Positions 36,536 to 47,362 are shown, counted from the first letter of the whole stretch. The stretch is DNA of 52,574 nt, filler included, from an uncultured virus (IMG/VR IMGVR_UViG_2049941000_000887) (7 parts of one record of this genome joined end to end with filler, not necessarily neighbours in it), one strand, 5' to 3'. Made by a program: numbers and translations. The notes: generated by a model not told the origin, from the letters alone.

Positions 36536-37182
36536 CCAATCTGCTGACGGACGGACTGCCGGTCCGCGTGACGGTTCACGGGCAGGAATACGGCATTGAC
36601 CCGGACTTCCGGCTGATGGTGCGTCTCCAGCTGCTGCTGACGGAAGACGACGGCAGCGAGGAGGAACGCGGCGATAAACTGCTCGGACTGCTTTGGGAGC
36701 TGCTGCCGGAATGGGAAGAAATGCTGATGGCGTATAATCCGGATGAAATATTCCGGGCGGTTCTCGGATTTTACTCGGGAGAACCGGACGGCTGCGGACA
36801 GTCCCGGACGGCGGAGGACGAGGAAGAAGATGGTGAAGAAGAAAACGAGCGCGTCTATTCCTTCCTACACGACAGCGCCGCCATTTACGCGGCGTTCATG
36901 CAGGCTTACCACATCGATCTGACGAAGGCGCGGCTACACTGGTATCAATTCCGCGCCCTGCTCCGGGGACTGCCGGAGGACTGCCTTTTCTCCCGTATGC
37001 TGCTCTACCGCGCGACCGACCTCGCGGACGTGCCGGAGCATCGACGGGAGCATTACCGCCGTATGAAGCGACGCTATGCCCTTCCGCTGCCAAAGTCTGA
37101 GCAGGACAAGAACGACGCGGTTGCCGCGGCTCTGATGAACGGAGGCGATCTCGGGGCGCTTCGCTTGGAGAATAGTGAATAA
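36532..37182 (+). CDS. Phage Gp15-like tail assembly chaperone
   Basis: I.PDFR...D..AIYAAF.Q.Y.IDL....LHW..F.AL..GL. Confidence 0.85.
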   Translation: MTNLLTDGLPVRVTVHGQEYGIDPDFRLMVRLQLLLTEDDGSEEERGDKLLGLLWELLPEWEEMLMAYNPDEIFRAVLGFYSGEPDGCGQSRTAEDEEEDGEEENERVYSFLHDSAAIYAAFMQAYHIDLTKARLHWYQFRALLRGLPEDCLFSRMLLYRATDLADVPEHRREHYRRMKRRYALPLPKSEQDKNDAVAAALMNGGDLGALRLENSE

Positions 37183-37208
37183 ATAATGGATATTGGAGGT
37201 GAAACGCA

Positions 37209-40200
37209 TTGGCACGGTATGACGGAACAATAAAAATTGATACCTCTGTGGACCAAGAGGGGCTTGTCAACGGTATCTCAAAACTGAAGAATATAGGCGG
37301 CGTCGCAGCGAAGGCCGTCGGCGGCGCTTTCGCCGCAACCGGCGCCGCAATGGTAGCGTTCGGCAAGCAGTCCATTGAAGCCGGTATGCAGTTCGACAGC
37401 TCCATGAGCCAGGTTGCCGCCACGATGGGAACCACCGTCGATCAGATCGGGGAACTGCGCGATTTCGCGCAGGAAATGGGCGCGACAACCGCCTTCTCCG
37501 CAACTCAGGCAGCAGACGCACTCAATTATATGGCTCTTGCCGGATATGACGCGGAGACTTCCATGTCTATGCTGCCGAACGTGCTGAACCTTGCGGCAGC
37601 GGGAGGAATGGAGCTTGCGTCTGCGTCCGATATGATTACCGATTCACAGTCGGCTCTCGGTCTGACACTGAGCGAAACCTCCCAGCTTGTTGACAAAATG
37701 GCAAAGGCTTCGTCCAAATCCAATACCAGCGTCGCACAGCTCGGTGAAGCCATCCTGACCGTCGGAGGCACTGCCAAAATGATGGCAGGCGGCACAACAG
37801 AACTCTCTGCGGCTCTCGGCATTCTCGCCGACAACGGAACCAAAGGCGCGGAAGGCGGCACGAAGCTGCGCAATATTCTGCTGTCTCTTGGTGCTCCGAC
37901 AGATAAAGCAGCAGCAGAGCTGAAAGGTCTTGGTGTGGATGCTTATGATGCTGCAACAGGCAAAATGCGACCGCTTGTTGAAATTTTTGGTGATCTTAAC
38001 AACGCCATGGACGGCATGACCGACGCGCAGAAAACCAGAATCATCAGCAACATCTTCAACAAAGCGGATATTAAGGACGTTAATGCTCTTTTAGCGACTT
38101 CCGCGGACCGCTGGAATGAACTGTCATTTGCAATCGACGGTTCGTGGTATTCCACAAAGTCTTTAACATCGAGCATGGAAGACGTCGGTCTGTCCTACTC
38201 CGACATGGAAAAACGTCTGTCGGAGCTGGGGGTCTCTGCTGAAGATTTAGCTTTTTCATTAGATGTTTCCGGAGGAAGCGCGAATGAATTCCTTGGCTCG
38301 CTGCTGGAAGTGACGGATGCCAGCGTTTCAGAGGACGACCTTATCAAGGCGATGGGCGGCGATCTTTCCGTATTACAGACGGCATTTGACAATACCACCG
38401 GCGCGGCGCAGGCGATGGCTGACACGCAGCTCGACAACCTCGCCGGCGATGTGACGCTCTTCCAATCGGCTTTGGAAGGTGTGCAGATTGCTATATCCGA
38501 CGCGCTCACACCCGCCCTGCGTGATTTTGTGCAGTTCGGCTCTCAGGGTCTTTCAGAGCTGACAGAGGCACTCAAAAGCGGCGACTTCGGCGCGGTGATC
38601 GATACCTTCCAGGGCATTATCACCGACGGGCTGAATATGCTGATCGAAAAGCTGCCCGGATTTATCTCAGTCGGCACCGATATCCTGCTCGCGCTGGTAA
38701 ACGGCATTATCGCAGCTTTGCCGCAGGTAACAGGCGCGGCGGTGGATATCATATCCACCCTCGCTTTCGGATTGGCCGACGCTTTGCCGTCACTCATTCC
38801 CAACGCGGTCGATGCCATTATCACGGCGATTCTGTCGCTCACAGACCCTTCCAATATCAACCTGCTGATCGACGGCGCTATCTCTCTCATCATGGGACTT
38901 GCGGACGGTCTGATCGCGGCCATGCCGGTCATGATCGAGAGCGCACCGATCATCATCCAGAACCTTGTGGACGCGCTTGTGGAAAACGCGCCGATACTGC
39001 TGGACGCGGCGCTGGAACTGATTCTCGCGCTGGCGGAGGGATTGATTACCAACCTCCCCGCGATTCTGGCGGCGCAGTGGCAGATTATTACCGCAATTCT
39101 GCAAGGGTGCGCCGATCTGGGAGCGTCGCTCTGGAAATGGCTCACGGAGCTGGGGGCGAACATCTGGAATGCCGTCTCGTCGTGGTTTGCGGGGCTGGAT
39201 TCCGACGCCGAGGGATTCCTGATCGGTATCTGGGAGACCATAGCATCGTGGTTTTCGGGGCTGGCTTCGGATATTGCCGGGTTCTTTGCCGGTATCTGGG
39301 ACAGCATTGTGGCCTTCTTTACGTCTCTTCCCGGCAGGCTGCTTGAATTCCGACAGACCGTCAGGGAGCACATCAAAGAGATGCTCGCGAATCTATGGGA
39401 AAACGTTACTTCCTTCCTGACCGATCTCCCCGAGAAAATTGGGTTTGCGCTCGGTGTGGTGATCGGAACGCTGCTGAAATTCGGTCTCGAAGCTTTCAAT
39501 TGGGTCGTAACCGCCATTCCGGAACTGATTTCCAATATTGTCAGTTTCTTCAGCGAACTGCCGGGGAAAATCTGGGACTTCCTTGTCGAATCGGTGGTGA
39601 AAATCGCCGAATGGGGAATGCAGATGAGGGAAAAAGCCTCCTCGTCGGCAAGGGAATTCCTGACCAATCTTGTGAACGGCATTAAGGAACTTCCGGGGAA
39701 AATCTGGACATTCCTTGTGGAAACCGTCACGAAGGTCACCATGTGGGGAATGCAGATGCGCCAGAAGGCGAGCGCCGCCGCGCGGGAATTCCTGACCAAC
39801 CTCGTAAACGGCATTAAAGCTCTGCCGGGGAAAATCTGGAGCTTCCTTGTCAGCACCGTGTCAAAAATCGCCAACTTCGTTTTGGAGATGAAAGCTAAGG
39901 CAACCGAAGCCGCCAAGGGCTTTATCGCAAATATTGTAAGCGGGTTGACGAGTCTCCCCGGAAAAATGGCAGATATAGGCACCAATGTCGTTAAAGGTAT
40001 ATGGAACGGCATTAAGGACTGCACCAAATGGATTCTCGACAAGATCAAGGGCTTCGGCAACTCCGTGCTCAAAGGCATCAAGAGCGTTTTCGGTATTTCC
40101 TCGCCTTCCAAAGTTACCAAGGGCTACGGAAAATTCTTTGCCGAGGGCTTCGGCATCGGCTTCGAAAAAGAACTGCCCGAGGTCCGGCGCAAGCTGTTCG

Positions 40201-40412
40201 GAGGCCTGGAGGATATGAGCCGCAAAATGCGCGGGATGGTCAATGTGGAAAACCGCCTGATGGCTGCGGGAGCCTACGGCGGGCAGGGCTATTCCAGCGT
40301 GACGAACAACACCAGCACCACCTACAATCCCACACTGAATTTTTACCGTGAGGTAGAAACGCCGTCGCAGGCGGCAAGGGCATGGCGCAAAGCAATGGAA
40401 GTGATATATTGA
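37209..40412 (+). CDS. Tape measure protein (TP901 family core)
   Basis: FDSSMSQVAA...TAFSA.QAA.AL.YMALAG, DNL.GD...SA.EG, 44-aa LPGKIW repeats (132-bp period at 39561, 39693, 39825), GISSPSK. Confidence 0.95.
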   Translation: MARYDGTIKIDTSVDQEGLVNGISKLKNIGGVAAKAVGGAFAATGAAMVAFGKQSIEAGMQFDSSMSQVAATMGTTVDQIGELRDFAQEMGATTAFSATQAADALNYMALAGYDAETSMSMLPNVLNLAAAGGMELASASDMITDSQSALGLTLSETSQLVDKMAKASSKSNTSVAQLGEAILTVGGTAKMMAGGTTELSAALGILADNGTKGAEGGTKLRNILLSLGAPTDKAAAELKGLGVDAYDAATGKMRPLVEIFGDLNNAMDGMTDAQKTRIISNIFNKADIKDVNALLATSADRWNELSFAIDGSWYSTKSLTSSMEDVGLSYSDMEKRLSELGVSAEDLAFSLDVSGGSANEFLGSLLEVTDASVSEDDLIKAMGGDLSVLQTAFDNTTGAAQAMADTQLDNLAGDVTLFQSALEGVQIAISDALTPALRDFVQFGSQGLSELTEALKSGDFGAVIDTFQGIITDGLNMLIEKLPGFISVGTDILLALVNGIIAALPQVTGAAVDIISTLAFGLADALPSLIPNAVDAIITAILSLTDPSNINLLIDGAISLIMGLADGLIAAMPVMIESAPIIIQNLVDALVENAPILLDAALELILALAEGLITNLPAILAAQWQIITAILQGCADLGASLWKWLTELGANIWNAVSSWFAGLDSDAEGFLIGIWETIASWFSGLASDIAGFFAGIWDSIVAFFTSLPGRLLEFRQTVREHIKEMLANLWENVTSFLTDLPEKIGFALGVVIGTLLKFGLEAFNWVVTAIPELISNIVSFFSELPGKIWDFLVESVVKIAEWGMQMREKASSSAREFLTNLVNGIKELPGKIWTFLVETVTKVTMWGMQMRQKASAAAREFLTNLVNGIKALPGKIWSFLVSTVSKIANFVLEMKAKATEAAKGFIANIVSGLTSLPGKMADIGTNVVKGIWNGIKDCTKWILDKIKGFGNSVLKGIKSVFGISSPSKVTKGYGKFFAEGFGIGFEKELPEVRRKLFGGLEDMSRKMRGMVNVENRLMAAGAYGGQGYSSVTNNTSTTYNPTLNFYREVETPSQAARAWRKAMEVIY

Positions 40413-41251
40413 CAGGCATTTTAAAAATTACAATAGATAACGGGCTGTCAAGCATCTCGGTCGGAGATGACGGCTGTAATTTTAAACTGATTTCCCACAG
40501 TGGTTTTGCGGCTGCTGATTACGATGTAAAAGCGGCTGTCAGCGGCGCTTCGGACGGAGGCTACATTTCCTCCGCCCGGATAGGTACGCGCACGCTGGGA
40601 ATCAAATTTGACTTCGGCGGTTCCAATGCCGAATCTGTCAGACAGTCGCTCATCAGTTTCTTTACTCCGGGAAGAGAGCTGACCGTTACCGCCCAGAGAG
40701 GGCGCATTATCCGCCGGATAAGCGGACGCGCGTCTGACTTCGACATTTCAGAGAAGAACAGACACGCGCGGTCATCCGTCAATCTGTCTGTTCTCTGCCC
40801 TGACCCGTTTTTTAAAGCCGACAACACTGTTTATGTGAGCGCCGCCGTCAGAACGCCTATGTTTCACCTGCCGTGTCATTTTCCCTGCGTTCTCGGCGTG
40901 CAGAGCAGCACAGGAGATATTGAGATCATCAACAGCGGTGATACCTTCGCCGACATGGTAGCGGAGCTTGCGGCGGCTTCCTCTGTGACCGCGCCTTATA
41001 TCCTTAACAGAACAAACGGAAAGAGAATCAAGGTAAACAATACGCTCGGCAGCGGCGAGGTCCTGACGATCTCTACCGTCCGCAGAGCGAAAACCGCAGC
41101 CATCGGCGGCACACGCTGCCTGATCGACCCGACAAGCCAATTCTCCGACTTTTTAGAGGTCGGTCTGAATCAGATCACCTATGGTTCAGACGACGGCTCC
41201 GCGGGGCTGGCGGCAAACGTGCGATACACGGCCTTGTTTTACGGGGTATAA
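40409..41251 (+). CDS. Distal tail (Dit/Sipho_tail) protein
   Basis: DG.Y......R.....LCPDPFF...I.N.GD...L..G.N.I. Confidence 0.8.
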   Translation: MTGILKITIDNGLSSISVGDDGCNFKLISHSGFAAADYDVKAAVSGASDGGYISSARIGTRTLGIKFDFGGSNAESVRQSLISFFTPGRELTVTAQRGRIIRRISGRASDFDISEKNRHARSSVNLSVLCPDPFFKADNTVYVSAAVRTPMFHLPCHFPCVLGVQSSTGDIEIINSGDTFADMVAELAAASSVTAPYILNRTNGKRIKVNNTLGSGEVLTISTVRRAKTAAIGGTRCLIDPTSQFSDFLEVGLNQITYGSDDGSAGLAANVRYTALFYGV

Positions 41252-41255
41252 CTGC

Positions 41256-42278
41256 ATGGATATTTATCTTTTGAATGCTGACTTTGAGATACTGAAAATC
41301 ATCGACGGTTTTTCCTCGTTGATATGGCACAGGCGATATTACGAACCCGGCAGCTTTGAGCTGCACTGCACACATGACGCTTTCCCGGCTTTTGTGGAAG
41401 CTTCGTATGTCTGCCGCCCTGACAGGCAGGAAATCGGCGTAATAGAGAGCTATTCGCTCAGCGGTCTTACCTGCTCCGCAAAGGGACGCTTTCTGGAATG
41501 TCTGACCGAAGATAAAATTATCTACCCCGCAAAGAAATATTCCGCTAAGACGCCCGAATACATCTCCCGCGACCTTATAGCCGCATTTCTGCCGGATATT
41601 CAGCGCGCGGCTGCCAACGATCCGGAGATTGGCAGCCAGATCACGACGCAGATAACAGGTAAAAACCTGATGGAATACCTGTATGAGCTGCTTGCAACCG
41701 TTGAAGCTTCCTTTTCCGTCACCTGCGATCTCAGCAGTGGAGGGCTGACCTTTTCCGTGCGGCAGGGAGCCGATCGGACAGGGTCCGCGATATTCTCACA
41801 GGAGTGGGATAACCTCAAATCCTTCAGCTATCAGTATTCCGGCAAGGATATTAAGAATTACGCCCTTGTCGCGGGGGCTGGTGAAGGAGCCGCACGCAAG
41901 ACCGCGGAGGTTGACAATTCTCAGGGCGGCGTACGCAGGGAGCTATTCATCGACGCAAGGGACATTCAGCAGGACGAAAACGAATCCGACGGCGATTACA
42001 CCGAAAGGCTGAAGCAGCGCGGGCGCGAAAAGCTCGCCCAGTACGGAGCCGTTGAAAGCTGCGAGTGCGAAGCCGATACGCAGTCAAGCCTTGTATACAG
42101 GACGGATTTTGATCTCGGCGATATTTGCACTATTAAAGATGACACACACAGAATTGTGTGTCAAAAACGCATCACCGAATGTGAGGAAGTCTATGAAAAC
42201 GGGGCTTTTTCGCTCTCGCTGAAATTCGGCAGCGGCTTTCTGATTCTGCCGAAATATCTGGAAAGGAAGTTATCATAG
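41256..42278 (+). CDS. Baseplate hub (ReqiPepy6 Gp37-like) protein
   Basis: SLIW.RRYY..GSFEL...N.ALVAG.GEG..R...RRELFIDARD...YR.DF.LGD. Confidence 0.8.
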   Translation: MDIYLLNADFEILKIIDGFSSLIWHRRYYEPGSFELHCTHDAFPAFVEASYVCRPDRQEIGVIESYSLSGLTCSAKGRFLECLTEDKIIYPAKKYSAKTPEYISRDLIAAFLPDIQRAAANDPEIGSQITTQITGKNLMEYLYELLATVEASFSVTCDLSSGGLTFSVRQGADRTGSAIFSQEWDNLKSFSYQYSGKDIKNYALVAGAGEGAARKTAEVDNSQGGVRRELFIDARDIQQDENESDGDYTERLKQRGREKLAQYGAVESCECEADTQSSLVYRTDFDLGDICTIKDDTHRIVCQKRITECEEVYENGAFSLSLKFGSGFLILPKYLERKLS

Positions 42279-42279
42279 T

Positions 42280-42492
42280 ATGGCTTTACAGTACGGTTTT
42301 TTTGATTCCGTCCTTAACAACGGTATGATGAATTTATTCAATGAGATTCCTCAGCTCCACGCACAGCTTGAAACCAAAGGCGAATGGCGCAAATATTACG
42401 GTTCCCGTCTCCGCGGTCATCGACAGGGCAATCCGGCAATTTCTGGGAAAGCAGGAAAACAAAAATTGACTTTTTTCTCAAAACTATATTGA
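42280..42492 (+). pseudogene. Truncated baseplate/tail gene fused to unrelated sequence
   Basis: Typical MA..YGFFDS start, only ~15 codons before unrelated sequence; no tail fibre or lysis genes follow. Confidence 0.55.
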
Positions 42493-42602
42493 CAAACTTC
42501 ACATTGGTGTGATAAAATATCACCAGAGCCAATACATACGCTCCAAGCAAAATCCCCCTGCCGACTCACACGCACCACCGTGAATCTGGCAGGGGGATTT
42601 TG
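42489..42602 (+). ncRNA. Diverged member of the two-hairpin small RNA unit
   Basis: Promoter region aligns with 24024-24066; GAGC..GCTC hairpin; AAAATCCCCCTGCC..GGCAGGGGGATTTT terminator. Confidence 0.45.
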
Positions 42603-43119
42603 TTTATGATTTTTCTGACGATAATCAAAATATACACCGGCGCAAAGTTATGTAAATTCTATGTAAAAAGCTGTTTTTTGAGGGTAAAAACAAAACCGCG
42701 CAAAGCCGGCACTTGCTACAAATGCCCGATTTACGCGTTTTGTCGGTGGNNNNNNNNNNCTCCAACGTGGTGTAAAGCAGATTTCCCGAAGGAGACTGCG
42801 CGGACAGTTCGATGGNNNNNNNNNNNNNNNNNNNNNNNNNNNNNNNNNNNNNNNNNNNNTTAATTAATTAANNNNNNNNNNNNNNNNNNNNNNNNNNNNN
42901 NNNNNNNNNNNNNNNCTGATTGGTTGGGTATTAAATTGTTGTTTCTGGTGTTAGGGAAAGGCATAAAAATGCCCGTTACGGGAGTTCACAGTAAAAAATA
43001 CGCCGAAAATGCCCAAAGGCATCTACGGTAAGCCTGCTTCGTTTTTCGCCCTCTAAAACCACGAAAAGCCCCTACAATTGGGGCTTTTCTGGGGTGGCAT
43101 CTTTTTTGTTCACCTATTC

Positions 43120-43165
43120 TGGTCGAGGTGACAGGACTTGAACCTGCGGCATCCTGGTCCCAAAC
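43120..43165 (-). tRNA. 3' half of tRNA-Pro(TGG): att core of the tyrosine-integrase prophage (not a complete tRNA)
   Basis: Minus strand GTTTGGGACCAGGATGCCGCAGGTTCAAGTCCTGTCACCTCGACCA; similarity ends at the anticodon loop. Confidence 0.85.
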
Positions 43166-43301
43166 TGAACAGTAAGCAAATGATATTTATTGGAAATGGC
43201 GTATTTCAGGCGTTTTTTAGCATTCAGTCAACGATAAATCCGATAAAAACGAGAGCGAAGTTATGTAAAAAATATGTAAATCCGCGCTTGGATTTTGCGG
43301 A

Positions 43302-44441
43302 TTACATACCCGCCGCTGTCCAATTGGTGACGGCGTTTTCGCTTTGCTTCTCCTGCTCTTCCCGAAGGTGCGTATAAATCGCAAGCGTTGTTTCGATATT
43401 GTCATGTCCCATATACTTCTGGGCGGTGAGCATATCCACACCCATCTCAAAAAGGTTGGTGCAGTAGGTGTGCCGGAGTTGATGCTCCACCACATGACCG
43501 AATGCTCCGTCGGATATGCGGTTACAGATATTCTCGAAGCTCTCCCAGCCCCTTTTGATGGACGAATAGGAAACATACCCGTTGTCGGAGCCTTCAAACA
43601 GCAGCAGTCCCTTATCTTTGAGCGTCTGCTCTATCACTTCCTGAAGTACCGGCATGAGCGGCTTCGGTATCGGAACCTGTCGCACGCCCGCCTTTGTCTT
43701 GGGCGGTCCCAGCACCGCTTTCCGTCCTGTCTGTCCGGCTACCTCCGGATAGGTGATCTGTTTATTGACCGTGATTTTATTGTCCTTCACGTCGTTCACG
43801 GTCAGAGCGAGAGCCTCTCCCCTACGCAGTCCGCAGTAGTACATCAGCAGCACGATAGGGCCGATACGGGCGGTCTTGGCCGCTTCCAGCGCGATGCGCT
43901 GCTGCTCCTTGGTCAGAGCATTACGGGTCACCGGCTCCGCGCCGCTGACGGTCAGGTTTGCCGCCGGATTGCGCGGGATCACATCATCCGTCACCGCCTG
44001 ATTGAAAACCGCAAAGAGCAGGCTTCTGATTTCCTTGACCGTCTTCTGACTGTAGGGCTTTTCTTTCGGTCCGTAGGTGGAGCCGGCTACGTCGTTGAGC
44101 AGCTTTTGGAGATGATGCCGCTTGACGTCAATCATCCGCATGGAGCCGATCGCCGGGCGGATGTGCTTCCGGATCATGCCGAGGTAGCTCGACTGGGTGT
44201 TTTTCCGCAGCGGCGTCACATAGGTTTCCACATACATATCCAGCCACTTGCCGACGAGAATCCGGTTATCGGAGACAAAGCCCTGCTCCTTCTGGGCGTG
44301 GAACTGCTGCACCTTTGCGTCCAGCTCCGCCACCGTCTTGCCGTAAAGGGTCTTATACTTTATCCTGCCGGCTTCGGAATATTCTCCTGTGGCAAGCTGG
44401 GTGTAATACAGCCCGTTATCGCGTTTTTTGTATTTAGCCAT
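43302..44441 (-). CDS. int: Tyrosine integrase
   Basis: GLRRGEALAL, PKT..G.R, HQLRHTY, MGH.....T..IY.H. Confidence 0.95.
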   Translation of the reverse strand: MAKYKKRDNGLYYTQLATGEYSEAGRIKYKTLYGKTVAELDAKVQQFHAQKEQGFVSDNRILVGKWLDMYVETYVTPLRKNTQSSYLGMIRKHIRPAIGSMRMIDVKRHHLQKLLNDVAGSTYGPKEKPYSQKTVKEIRSLLFAVFNQAVTDDVIPRNPAANLTVSGAEPVTRNALTKEQQRIALEAAKTARIGPIVLLMYYCGLRRGEALALTVNDVKDNKITVNKQITYPEVAGQTGRKAVLGPPKTKAGVRQVPIPKPLMPVLQEVIEQTLKDKGLLLFEGSDNGYVSYSSIKRGWESFENICNRISDGAFGHVVEHQLRHTYCTNLFEMGVDMLTAQKYMGHDNIETTLAIYTHLREEQEKQSENAVTNWTAAGM

Positions 44442-44466
44442 GACTCTTTCATCTCCCTTCTTACAC

Positions 44467-44577
44467 TTGACACCGCGGGAGATTTATGCTATCATAATGA
44501 CAGACCTCGCCCTTGGTGATGGTTTACTCTTTCCTCTATCCGTCGGTCGCCAAACAGCCGGATAGAGGATCTTTTTT
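44467..44577 (+). ncRNA. Candidate antisense small RNA upstream of the tyrosine integrase
   Basis: TTGACA-17-TATCAT AATGACAGACCTC.CCCTTGG..; homolog of 19282-19400. Confidence 0.55.
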
Positions 44578-45154
44578 ATTTGCTGTTAATTGTAATATAC
44601 TCTGCGTCAATTCTTGGAATACTTACCTTTGCACCCATAACTGTTTCATAGGTTTCTATTCCGGCTAATTCTCCGTAGATGGTTATTATGTCATCTTCGA
44701 GGATTCTGTTTTCTGTCGTGCTTTGGGGTGTGTAGACTACATACATGGTATCGGTATATATGCCGTATTTGCCTTTGGTAACGTCTACTCTCAGCGTCGT
44801 GTCAAAGTAACCTTCTATTACCTGTACGACTTCACCTTTGAATTTGGCGCGCTTGCCGTAGTATTTATCTGGATTTCTGGCAATATCCTTGTATTTATAG
44901 GTTTTGCAGGAGGCTATATAATCTTTTTTGGCTTTTTTCGCTTTTTCTTTTTCGGCTTTTGCATCCGCCGCTCTCAGCTTGTCTCCCTTCGCTTTCAGGC
45001 GCTGATAAGTCTGCTCCGCCGCTTCTCCGGATTCTTCGATATAAGAATCTGAAAAATATACCCAATCATCAGCATTAGTCACATATGTTCCAACCAAGGA
45101 GACATAGAACTTATCCCAAAATTATCGAAGAAGTGGTATAATAATAAAAAACCG
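44576..45154 (-). CDS. Exported/membrane protein C-terminal part (OB-fold-like), integrase-proximal cargo
   Basis: YKDIARNPDKY.G....F.G.V.QV...ILEDD.ITIYG...G..TY....G.....P.I. Confidence 0.65.
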
Positions 45155-45164
45155 NNNNNNNNNN

Positions 45165-45789
45165 CCTCATTCATTTTGCTTGTGCCGTCATCGTTTGGCG
45201 CAAGCTCTTTCCTGTTCATCAAATCTAATTTTGGGATAAGTTCATAATCATTTTCGGAAAGGGCTGACAAATCACAACCCTTTTGCATGGATGCCCTTAA
45301 TTCTTTGCCATCAGAATCTTTTAGCACAATCATCTTATTGCCCAGATAAAGATCTTCTATGCTTCCCGATACCCTGTAATGTTTTCCTGTCACCATTTTA
45401 TCCGGATGACTTAAGTAATACACATAGTCAACCTCCGTAATATCACTTTCAGACACCTTAACTACTTCCGGTATGACTTCAGAAGAAACAAGGCTCGACA
45501 CAGAGGATGTTGTGCTCGCGGGTATGGTCGTCAGGTCTTTCTTTGAATTGTTGACGCCGATGATCAGAACAACAAACACCAAGACGATCATGACGATGAA
45601 AAACATCACATAATAATTTGATCTGACCCAGCCTTTGGTTTTCTGCCATAAGGAAGGCTGGCTTTCTGAGGCGACCGAAGTCTTTTTGAATCTGCCGATC
45701 AATTCATCCAGCGGTGCCTTCTCCTTGACGGCTTCCTGCGCCGCGGCGTAACCTGCGGCATTCGCGGTAAAAGGAGTTGCACATTCCTT
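45165..45789 (-). CDS. Membrane protein fragment (single TM, Ser/Thr linker), gap-bounded
   Basis: YYVMFFIVMIVLVFVVLIIGV. Confidence 0.55.
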
Positions 45790-46093
45790 NNNNNNNNNNA
45801 ATTCTACCTTTAGGAAGCCATGAACTCCGAATTGTAGTACAGGATTATTAATGATATAGACGTAATTCGGAAAACTTAGTTAACGATGATTTGAAAAAAA
45901 TCAATCATCAATACAAGTCGGAGCAGATTCGTTGTCACTGATTGCCAGATCAAATGCCCAGCCTTCCATATTCTCAACTTTTAATTGNNNNNNNNNNTTT
46001 TTAGTTGAGAAAACCCTTGCCACTCTTTTGCGTCTCACTCTTTTTTCAGCCCGATACTGGTCACATCGCTTAAACAAGCTGTTTACCATTTCT

Positions 46094-46651
46094 TCAGTAT
46101 TCTTCATAAATAAAACCGTCCTTTGCAAGTTGTAATTTTAATGATTGCTTTGCCCGATAAAGAAGATTCCTGACCTGACGGGAATTCTTTTTCATGATAC
46201 ATGACACATCTTCAAACTTAAGACCTTCAAAATAGACAAGCCATAGAATCTGTCTGTAATCCGCAGGAAGTTTTTTCATAGACTTATGGATAATAAGCCG
46301 CTGTTCTTCTTTAATGTAAGCGCGTTCTAAACCGGCTTCATCGCTCAGATCCGCTTCCGCAGCTACCATCGAAGCATCCGCTGATTTTGAATTGTGCCGT
46401 ATATAATCAACCGCCACATTACGTCCAATGGCATAGAGCCAAGATTTAAATGATGATTTTCCTGAGAATCGAGGTTTCTTAACCATCAGACGAAAGAATG
46501 TATCCTCCGTCAGTTCCTCGGCAATATTGATATTATTGACATAACCGTTCAAAAACAGAATCAGACCGTCTTTGTAATCTCCGACAATCTCAACTATTCC
46601 TTCATCATTTCCGTCAAGAAAACGACGGTAACTGTTTGCACCACGATCCAC
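46094..46651 (-). CDS. ECF sigma-70 factor; probable anti-sigma 5' fragment follows (45998-46107)
   Basis: AEELTEDTF...FKSWLYAIGRN..VD..R...LP..YRQILWL.YFEG......I.......V...L.RAK..LK. Confidence 0.9.
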   Translation of the reverse strand: MDRGANSYRRFLDGNDEGIVEIVGDYKDGLILFLNGYVNNINIAEELTEDTFFRLMVKKPRFSGKSSFKSWLYAIGRNVAVDYIRHNSKSADASMVAAEADLSDEAGLERAYIKEEQRLIIHKSMKKLPADYRQILWLVYFEGLKFEDVSCIMKKNSRQVRNLLYRAKQSLKLQLAKDGFIYEEY

Positions 46652-47362
46652 TGCTCTCCTCCTCTCTGAAAAGGATGATTATTTGCCCTTCCATCTATTA
46701 GTCGTATAAATACTTTGATTGTCTCACTACATGAAGATTTTTTTAATAAGAAAGGGAGTCTCCGCGGAAACTCCCTCGGTTGCATTTCTCGAAAGCTGCT
46801 GCAACACGTTTACTGTGACGATTTCATTTGATGTTTTTGATAAGCAATTATTTTNNNNNNNNNNTGGATTGTCGGATAATACCGAGCGCCGTTTATGATG
46901 ATTCCGCGGGAGGAAGTCACGGTGATTTCCTGCATGGTATCCGCAAGGGTTATGCAGAGATTGCTTGACTCCTTCTCCGTCATTCCGTTGAATACAAANN
47001 NNNNNNNNCATGTTTCAATTCTTTGTCAACGGTTTCAGTGGGATGATTTACCCCAATTCTCTGTCGAGCCTGTAATAATTGATTGCCCATTCCACATATC
47101 GGATTGTCGGATAATACTGAGCGCCGTTTATAATGATTCCGCGGGAGGAAGTCACGGTGATTTCCTGCATGGTATCCGCAAGCGTTATGCAGAGATTGCT
47201 TGACTCCTTCTCCGTCATTCCGTTGAATACAAANNNNNNNNNNNNNNNNNNNNNNNNNNNNNNNNNNNNNNNNNNNNNNNNNNNNNNNNNNNNNNNNNNN
47301 NNNNNNNNNNNNNNNNNNNNNNNNNNNNNNNNNNNNNNNNNNNNNNNNNNNNNNNNNNNNNN

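Noticed and set aside
36161..37182. Programmed frameshift between the tail chaperones
   Set aside because: The genes overlap by ATGA with an RBS-like AAGGA; no convincing slippery heptamer seen.
38543..40120. Long antisense ORFs (also 43344..44519, 9652..10548, 461..1261)
   Set aside because: Shadows of GC-rich genuine genes on the opposite strand; no recognisable motifs.
43120..43165. Functional tRNA gene
   Set aside because: 5' half (acceptor 5' strand, D arm) is absent; it is an att duplication.
46865..47233. Tandem duplications flanking gaps (also 4170-4497, 30219-30410, 48823-49025, 51250-51363, 52085-52339)
   Set aside because: Overlapping contig ends or collapsed alleles, not proven tandem repeats.
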